Shown here: in pieces, positions 58,352 through 64,000 of the stretch
Layout: every line of letters begins with the position of its first letter
How positions within the stretch are numbered: position 1 is the stretch's first letter
From: an uncultured virus (IMG/VR IMGVR_UViG_3300013093_000023)
Taxonomy: Duplodnaviria > Heunggongvirae > Uroviricota > Caudoviricetes
Direction: 5' to 3' (one strand)
Virus record (IMG/VR): IMGVR_UViG_3300013093_000023
Location: 1 to 64,000 of that record
DNA: 64,000 nucleotides
The notes under the pieces: generated by a model
Databases searched by the model: none
What the model was told of the DNA's origin: nothing
Seen by the model: only the letters and a program-made list of their open reading frames with translations
Program-made: the position numbers and the translations under genes

Positions 58352-58800
58352 AGTTTTATACTTTCGAGACTTACTACGTAAGTCTATTTCTTTCACTGCG
58401 TTCAGAAATTATTTTTTTTATTAGTGTTGTTCTAAGTATCATCCAGATTAATCAGTCACACTTTGCCCGCTAAAGGGGCAAAATGAAATTGTAGCATCAT
58501 CCGAGTAGCACAATCACTTAGCGTTACAACATTACAGAGGCGGTCGTCCGGTACCTCGAGTTGCGTCTTTATACGACGGCGGCACATATTCATACGCTAA
58601 CACAAATATGTACGTAGGGTTTTTCTCCCTTCTTTTAGCCTTTTCCTAAAATCTTTTCAAATAGCAAAACCGGTTCCGTAGGCATATCCGATCTTCGTCC
58701 TGTTAAGGATAGTTGCTAAGTGCTCATTACAGCGATGAGTCTTCCGTCCCTGCGATCCTAGATCCAGTTGTCTTAGGCACACGAGTTTGACCTGTGCTAG
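58352..58800 (-). ncRNA. Candidate large structured RNA/DNA element overlapping the 3' end of the GIY-YIG gene
   Basis: Longest non-coding gap in the window. About ten hairpins plus an 8-bp long-range helix CACTTAGC/GCTAAGTG. Family not recognised. Confidence 0.55.
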
Positions 58801-59257
58801 TCGTAACTGTGGACTTGGTGTCTAGTGAACTTATCTTGTTGATAATATGTGAGCCATGTACACGGACCTGTATGTGTCCGTTATAATAATCTTCTGTTTC
58901 TAATACTCTGCGAGCAAATTGTTCTCTCGCTTCAATGTAACTGCATTCTGCTTTGCTTGAGCAATAGTATAAGATTTCTCTACTAAAATTGTCAACGCCT
59001 AATGCTACTACATCTTTTGTTAATTCGGGACTTGAGCCATAATATGTTTGCCAATCACTGTCGATACTTCCACGTATCTTTTTTCTTTTCTTCTTACCGT
59101 TTTTAAGTTTTACCATACGATAAGTTGTTTTTTTAAAACGTGCTAATTTTTTTCCAATATATTTCCTGCCAGTTAGTTTATTTGTAATCAAATAAACAAA
59201 ACCAACACACGTTTCAGGTAAAGTTTCTACTACGGAATTTTCGAATAACCATGTCAT
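58727..59257 (-). CDS. GIY-YIG (Seg-like) nuclease-domain protein
   Basis: GFVYLITN...GRKYIGKK, SDWQTYYGSS, F.REIL..C, Y.EA.EQF...VL....YYNG.I. Confidence 0.85.
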   Translation of the reverse strand: MTWLFENSVVETLPETCVGFVYLITNKLTGRKYIGKKLARFKKTTYRMVKLKNGKKKRKKIRGSIDSDWQTYYGSSPELTKDVVALGVDNFSREILYYCSSKAECSYIEAREQFARRVLETEDYYNGHIQVRVHGSHIINKISSLDTKSTVTTSTGQTRVPKTTGSRIAGTEDSSL

Positions 59258-59290
59258 ATAGCATACTTAATTATGCCTCTTTCGCTATAT

Positions 59291-59734
59291 TCATAATTTT
59301 TCTCCGTAAATCCACCCTAATTGCTGTGTTCGATGTATCCAAGTAAAAATAGGAGTGGTAAACGACAGCTGCCATTCGCCATTCCAACCTAAATAATTGC
59401 TTTTTAAACTATCCCTACCGGTTGGGTAGTATGTAGCTTGGTACATAAAATCATCTAACTTGTAGCCCTCTATTTCTATAGGATGTATGTAAATTGCTTT
59501 GTCTGATACAATTTTGCCGTCATTAACAACAGTATCAGCATCAGTTTTATTAGTTAATCCAACACTGAGCACGTGTTTGCCGTCCTCTAGTGTAACATCA
59601 AAATTGTAAGTGAGCTGTTCTTTTAGTATGCCCTGATCCTGCAGGTTATCGTCGATCTTAATAAAAAACTCTGGCCAGCAATCGTCGTAGCCCTTAGGCT
59701 CTATAGTTAATCGAAACTGTAAATTAGTAGCCAT
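59291..59734 (-). CDS. Hypothetical beta-rich protein co-transcribed with the radical SAM genes
   Basis: ATG 59734 overlaps the end of the upstream radical SAM gene; ends YLGWNG.W.L.F..PIF.W.H. Confidence 0.7.
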   Translation of the reverse strand: MATNLQFRLTIEPKGYDDCWPEFFIKIDDNLQDQGILKEQLTYNFDVTLEDGKHVLSVGLTNKTDADTVVNDGKIVSDKAIYIHPIEIEGYKLDDFMYQATYYPTGRDSLKSNYLGWNGEWQLSFTTPIFTWIHRTQQLGWIYGEKL

Positions 59735-61028
59735 TTGATTCAAACCATTCTTGTAATACAGGAAACGCCGCCACAACACTATTCTTACGCATAGTATCTA
59801 ACTGCTTGAACTTTAACACACTAGCTCTAGCAAGGTCTACATCAACGTTGCCCGGCTCTAAACTACAAATTGCCGCTTCAATTTCTTTTATTAGATTTTC
59901 TAAAACATATTCTTTGTTTCTAAAGTTAGTTAGACCTTTAATACGATGATCGGTTAAAGCACGATAACGTTCTAATTGAGCCTGAAATTGTTTTTGTAAA
60001 GGTATTTTTATTGAATCGGGCAACAATTGAATCTGTTGCCACGGTGGATCAACAGCAAAATAACTGTTTAGTAAAAAGTCATTGTCATAGCACCAATCAA
60101 TTAATTGACTGTATTCTGTAATGGTCAACAGCGTTGGAACTGTGCGAACAACAAAATCTACATTGTCTGGAGCAGACATTTGAAACTCAGCTATGTTTAA
60201 TAGTATAGCATCTATGCTACTACCATAGCGTACATAGTTGTTGGATTCGCTGACTGTTTCTACACTCATACCAATCTCAACACGCTTAAACTTGGCTAGC
60301 TTATCCCACAGATCATCAATAGGATGCATACAGTTAGTAGTAAAACTAAAGCTAAAGTCTGTGCGATTATTGCTGACAAATAGGTCTATTAGTTGTCTAA
60401 ATCGCTTGTTTATAGTAGGCTCGCCGCCGATAATATGTAGGCTGAGTAAATCAGTAGTTAGTAGGGTTTGACAAAAGTTATTCCAAATGTCCTGATCATC
60501 AGTCCAATTAAGCCTGCGAGCATCTTTAGCCCAACCTAAGACTTTATAATCCTGTGCTAGTTTAAAGCTGGCATTTGGACTACACATAATACAGGATAAA
60601 TCACATTCGTTGCCCAGGCTCAAATGATAACTTGCTGGCTTTGTAACTGTAACACCATCATTGGCCAGACTGTATTCAAATGCGGCTCTGTGCGGGCTTT
60701 GTTCAAAACTCTTATAAAAATTCTTGTCGTAAAAAATAACACTCTTTAAGTTTTCTTTGATACGTTTACTGTGATTACCTATTGAGTCTTGATGTTGGCA
60801 AACACTGCAGGCAGGATTGGGCACATCTGACATCTTGCTTAATCGTTCATCACGTAACCTACGACTTTGCCAATACTCTGCCACAGGATAATTACGTATG
60901 TTCCACTCCCGAGCATCTGCCGTGTCGGTAATAAGCTCACTCATACAGCCACAAAGATCATAGCTACCATCGTGATTGATGTGTAGCTCGTACCAGGGTA
61001 TGTTACAAAATATATCTTTATTCGGCAT
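59724..61028 (-). CDS. Radical SAM enzyme with N-terminal SPASM/twitch-like Cys cluster
   Basis: CDLSCIMC (CxxxCxxC), GGEP, TTN; N-terminal FCNIPW...LCGC...CSVC. Confidence 0.9.
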   Translation of the reverse strand: MPNKDIFCNIPWYELHINHDGSYDLCGCMSELITDTADAREWNIRNYPVAEYWQSRRLRDERLSKMSDVPNPACSVCQHQDSIGNHSKRIKENLKSVIFYDKNFYKSFEQSPHRAAFEYSLANDGVTVTKPASYHLSLGNECDLSCIMCSPNASFKLAQDYKVLGWAKDARRLNWTDDQDIWNNFCQTLLTTDLLSLHIIGGEPTINKRFRQLIDLFVSNNRTDFSFSFTTNCMHPIDDLWDKLAKFKRVEIGMSVETVSESNNYVRYGSSIDAILLNIAEFQMSAPDNVDFVVRTVPTLLTITEYSQLIDWCYDNDFLLNSYFAVDPPWQQIQLLPDSIKIPLQKQFQAQLERYRALTDHRIKGLTNFRNKEYVLENLIKEIEAAICSLEPGNVDVDLARASVLKFKQLDTMRKNSVVAAFPVLQEWFESNGY

Positions 61029-62007
61029 TTTTACACTTTAGTTTACAAATATCTAGTGGTGCTATTTCAAAGCGTGTGTACATTTCGTCCCATAATGGAT
61101 CATTGATAATTTCAGTAAGTGTACGATGTTTAATTGACAACTGTTCTCGATGTTTTTCAAAGAAATCATTTTCCAAGTAACCTGAATTAAACCAAGGACA
61201 AGGAAATACATAACCATCTACATTGATAAACATAGGTATGTCCCAATTGGCACATCGAGCCCACGAGTGGCGTTGACGTGTTTCATAAAATATAACAGGG
61301 ATACCGCTTTTTAATTTTTCCTGCATAACTTCATACTTGCCTGTAGCAACCCATCCACCCACAGGCTTCAATGGGTCTACACCGTTGACAAGATACTGAT
61401 TGTCAAACTTTGTACTCAGTACAGCTTCAAATGTATCAAATTCTAATTCACGTGCTAGGTCTTGTATCCAGGGCATCTTATCTTCGTTAAACTTGAAATA
61501 GATAGCTGACCAATTCATTTGTGCCTTAGTTACTCGTCTTAAAGCACGAGCACCTGCTACAATTGAATCAAAGTCGCTGTTAACACGATACTGTTCATTA
61601 CTGGCCTGATCCCACCCGTCAACACTAAATGTAACTTTGTCATTGGGCCTTAGGTACATACCTAGTTCTTGCCACCACGCTTCGGGCTTGTAACTACCAT
61701 TAGTAACAATAATCAAGCTGACATTGAACCGTGATCGCTTAATGTACTCCACAATAGGTAAAAAGTCGCGAGCATATATAGGATCACCTATGTCGCCACA
61801 GAAAGTTATTTCCTGTATCTCTTTTAGTAGGTCCGGGGTAAAGGCACGCTGAAACTCTAATAGAGTAATTTCTTTGTTTAGGCTATCTGGATGTAACTCC
61901 GTGCGAGGGCATCGAGGGCATTTAAGCGTACACTTACTACTTAATTCGATGTGTATTCTACGATGACTCAGTAATCTCGACGTCGGTGTTGTAACTTGTA
62001 TATCCAT
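61018..62007 (-). CDS. Radical SAM enzyme with C-terminal SPASM/twitch domain
   Basis: IELSSKCTLKCPRC, CG..GDP, TNGS, FSVDG; C-terminal C......G...PC...C..KC. Confidence 0.9.
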   Translation of the reverse strand: MDIQVTTPTSRLLSHRRIHIELSSKCTLKCPRCPRTELHPDSLNKEITLLEFQRAFTPDLLKEIQEITFCGDIGDPIYARDFLPIVEYIKRSRFNVSLIIVTNGSYKPEAWWQELGMYLRPNDKVTFSVDGWDQASNEQYRVNSDFDSIVAGARALRRVTKAQMNWSAIYFKFNEDKMPWIQDLARELEFDTFEAVLSTKFDNQYLVNGVDPLKPVGGWVATGKYEVMQEKLKSGIPVIFYETRQRHSWARCANWDIPMFINVDGYVFPCPWFNSGYLENDFFEKHREQLSIKHRTLTEIINDPLWDEMYTRFEIAPLDICKLKCKNAE

Positions 62008-63736
62008 TTTCTTTAACTACGTGTAAGGTGTTGTTTACCCGACCCGACAATTCATCCTTGTGCGACACTAACCAAACACTCTTGTTACTGTCCCTTGACA
62101 TTTTCTTTAGTATAGATAGTGCGTTTTCTACACCCGAACTATCCATACCTGAGTCAACTAACTCATCAATGAATAACAGGTTAATAGGTTGATACAGGCT
62201 TTCCCAAACATCGCGGAATGCCCAGCTTAATGATAAAATTAAACGATTGCGTTCTCCGCGGCTTAGGTTATCAAAATCTAAATCACGCCCTAACTCGGTG
62301 ATTTCTACACTAAGGTCATTTAGGAATTTAACAGTATGCGGTAAACCAATACGATCTAAGTACTGCCCAAGGCGAGCATTTAGATAACTTAAATTTTGAT
62401 CAATAATACGTTTACGAATAAACGAATCTTTATTAGTCAACAGTTTAAGTAGGAACTCTTGATGATCACGCAGATTAGTTAATTCGTTCATGACATCATA
62501 GGTAATCTCTTCAATGCCCTGCTCGCTCATTTCGGCAATTTGTTCTGTGTAGGGATCTACTTCTGCTGACTTAGTTGCTAATTGTTGAATTAAATTATCA
62601 ACTGTGGCCTGGTGATGAATAGCATCTGACTCTCGATCGTAGAATGTTTCTGGACGTGGGCCTAGTTTGCCCAACCCATCGTGAGCAGACTGTAATTCAG
62701 CCAGTGTGGCAGCATGGGTTCTCTGATTTTCTTGTGCTGTTGATAAGTCTCTCTGCTTCTGTCCCAATACTTGTTGGTGCTTTTCGTCATGGAACTCTTG
62801 ACCGCAGGTATGGCACGTATGATTTTCCAGCGAAACGAGTTCTGTAGATATCTTTGCAATAGTTTTCTCTTCCCGAACAAGATCCATTTTCGTCCGACTA
62901 ATCGCCGACGATAATTCATTGATATCCTTTCGAGTTTGATCCCAGGTTTTAAACGCTTGGTGTGCCTGAATCTCGGCCTCGATGTCGATTTTCTGAAGCT
63001 CTTCAATTCCCGTCTGTAGTTTCTTAATCTCTTCTTCATGTTTCGTAGTCCACTGCGTTTGCCGACGTTTTAATGATTCTATTTGTTCTTCAATACGTTT
63101 GTTAGCATCGCCTACAGCTTTGATACGAAACTCTTCGGCTGTAATAGCTTCTTTAGTGGCTTTTGCTGTTTCTTTTAAACGATCAGCTTTTTCACTTAGT
63201 AGTGTAATACCCAACAGTTGTTCAATAATAGTACGTTGATCATTGGCTTTTAATGACAAGAACGGTTCTGTATAAGTGTTTAGAGCTACAATATGTTTGA
63301 ACATATCGTGACTCATACCCAGCATACGTTCTATTTCTTGCTGTGTTTCTCTTGAATCACCTTGGGCATCGTCTGTAATTTCTTTTTCTTGATCGCCTAC
63401 AAAGAACTTCATTACGTTAGGCTTACGCCCACGCTCAATTCTATATGTTTCGCCATCCTTTTCAAAATCAATAGTGACCATTAGGCCTTTGCTGTTGGTC
63501 TTATTAATTAAGTTATCTTTTTTAATGTTAGTCAAGGCATTGCCGTACATGGCAAAACTAAGAGCATTGATAATGGTTGTTTTACCTGTACCATTACGTG
63601 CGCCCGAGTCGTCTCCTCCTAGGTCCAAGTTTTCGCCCAAGACCAATGTTAGGTCTCGACGATCAAAATCTACAGCCTGAGTAATATTACCCACGCTCAT
63701 AAAGTTTTTAACTGTGAGTGTTTTTATTTTAAACAT
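61958..63736 (-). CDS. gp46: Recombination endonuclease ATPase subunit (SbcC/Rad50-like)
   Basis: KNFMSVGN, Walker A NGTGKTT, CHTC hook, LSRGE signature, LFIDE, VSH. Confidence 0.95.
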   Translation of the reverse strand: MFKIKTLTVKNFMSVGNITQAVDFDRRDLTLVLGENLDLGGDDSGARNGTGKTTIINALSFAMYGNALTNIKKDNLINKTNSKGLMVTIDFEKDGETYRIERGRKPNVMKFFVGDQEKEITDDAQGDSRETQQEIERMLGMSHDMFKHIVALNTYTEPFLSLKANDQRTIIEQLLGITLLSEKADRLKETAKATKEAITAEEFRIKAVGDANKRIEEQIESLKRRQTQWTTKHEEEIKKLQTGIEELQKIDIEAEIQAHQAFKTWDQTRKDINELSSAISRTKMDLVREEKTIAKISTELVSLENHTCHTCGQEFHDEKHQQVLGQKQRDLSTAQENQRTHAATLAELQSAHDGLGKLGPRPETFYDRESDAIHHQATVDNLIQQLATKSAEVDPYTEQIAEMSEQGIEEITYDVMNELTNLRDHQEFLLKLLTNKDSFIRKRIIDQNLSYLNARLGQYLDRIGLPHTVKFLNDLSVEITELGRDLDFDNLSRGERNRLILSLSWAFRDVWESLYQPINLLFIDELVDSGMDSSGVENALSILKKMSRDSNKSVWLVSHKDELSGRVNNTLHVVKENGYTSYNTDVEITESS

Positions 63737-64000
63737 TAGAGATTTTTATAAATGTCCAGTAATAGGTTTTTATTAAACTGCTCCGATTCGATACTGCTTA
63801 GTTGTCCATAGACAATTTGATCTACACTTTCGAACTCTATATTGCCTTGTATTTCGTAGTCGGTTAAGTCTGTGACTTTGGCAGGAATAAGTGTAAGCTC
63901 ACGTAAATTATACTGCGGAACAAAAGTTTCTTTAATAAAAGTGGCTTCTTCGTAGCTGATATCTACGTCCAAATTAACACGAACGTGCATATTGGGTTTA
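63736..64000 (-). CDS. gp47: Recombination endonuclease nuclease subunit (Mre11/SbcD-like), C-terminal part
   Basis: Open to the window edge and coupled to gp46 (TAATG). HVRV.LD.DISYEEA.FIKE...FESVDQIV...L..IY..L. Confidence 0.75.
   Translation of the reverse strand, partial: KPNMHVRVNLDVDISYEEATFIKETFVPQYNLRELTLIPAKVTDLTDYEIQGNIEFESVDQIVYGQLSSIESEQFNKNLLLDIYKNL

Noticed and set aside
58352..58830. Group I/II intron, tRNA, tmRNA, RNase P or CRISPR/TIGR array as the identity of the non-coding tract
   Set aside because: The flanking genes are convergent and intact, so no gene is interrupted. A GTTACGACTAG resembles the group I R element but no matching S element (TAGTC) follows. No domain V, cloverleaf or regularly spaced repeats were found.
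375..63680. Numerous short antisense or alternate-frame ORFs in the track (e.g. 375..767, 18136..18675, 33362..33877, 56394..56909, 62662..63039)
   Set aside because: They lie inside well-supported genes, are shadows of biased codon usage, and lack SD or promoter support.
1..64000. Alternative genetic code (stop-codon reassignment as in some large phages)
   Set aside because: Core genes are full length in code 11, and TAA, TAG and TGA all occur as genuine stops.

Overview
All 64 kb come from a large T4-like (myovirus) phage genome in the standard genetic code. The window is essentially the virion morphogenesis module, mostly on the minus strand. It holds the head cluster (portal gp20, protease gp21, scaffold gp22, major capsid gp23), neck and tail genes (gp13/14/15, a 1209-aa sheath gp18, tube gp19, head-completion gp4, probable small terminase) and a tape measure protein. 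About 28 kb are modular fibre/adhesin genes (Mtd-N, gp38-like, beta-propeller, LamG, beta-helix), followed by putative modification enzymes (SGNH, glycosyltransferase-like, two radical SAM) and the gp46/gp47 recombination nuclease. Five features stand out. (1) A roughly 450-nt hairpin-dense non-coding tract overlaps the 3' end of a GIY-YIG gene: a candidate nuclease-associated structured RNA or an RNA-primed origin. (2) A correctly phased T-TTT-TTC -1 slippery site joins the gp26-like and gp51-like frames beside the tape measure gene, as in lambda G/GT. (3) Many T4-type late promoters and two sigma70 promoters are placed so that the mRNAs would be leaderless. (4) The fibre genes suggest a plug-and-socket branched architecture. 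(5) The ORF track gives the wrong strand for 57282..58136, which is on the plus strand. No tRNA, CRISPR array or reverse transcriptase was seen. All family calls come from motif recognition by eye, not database searches.
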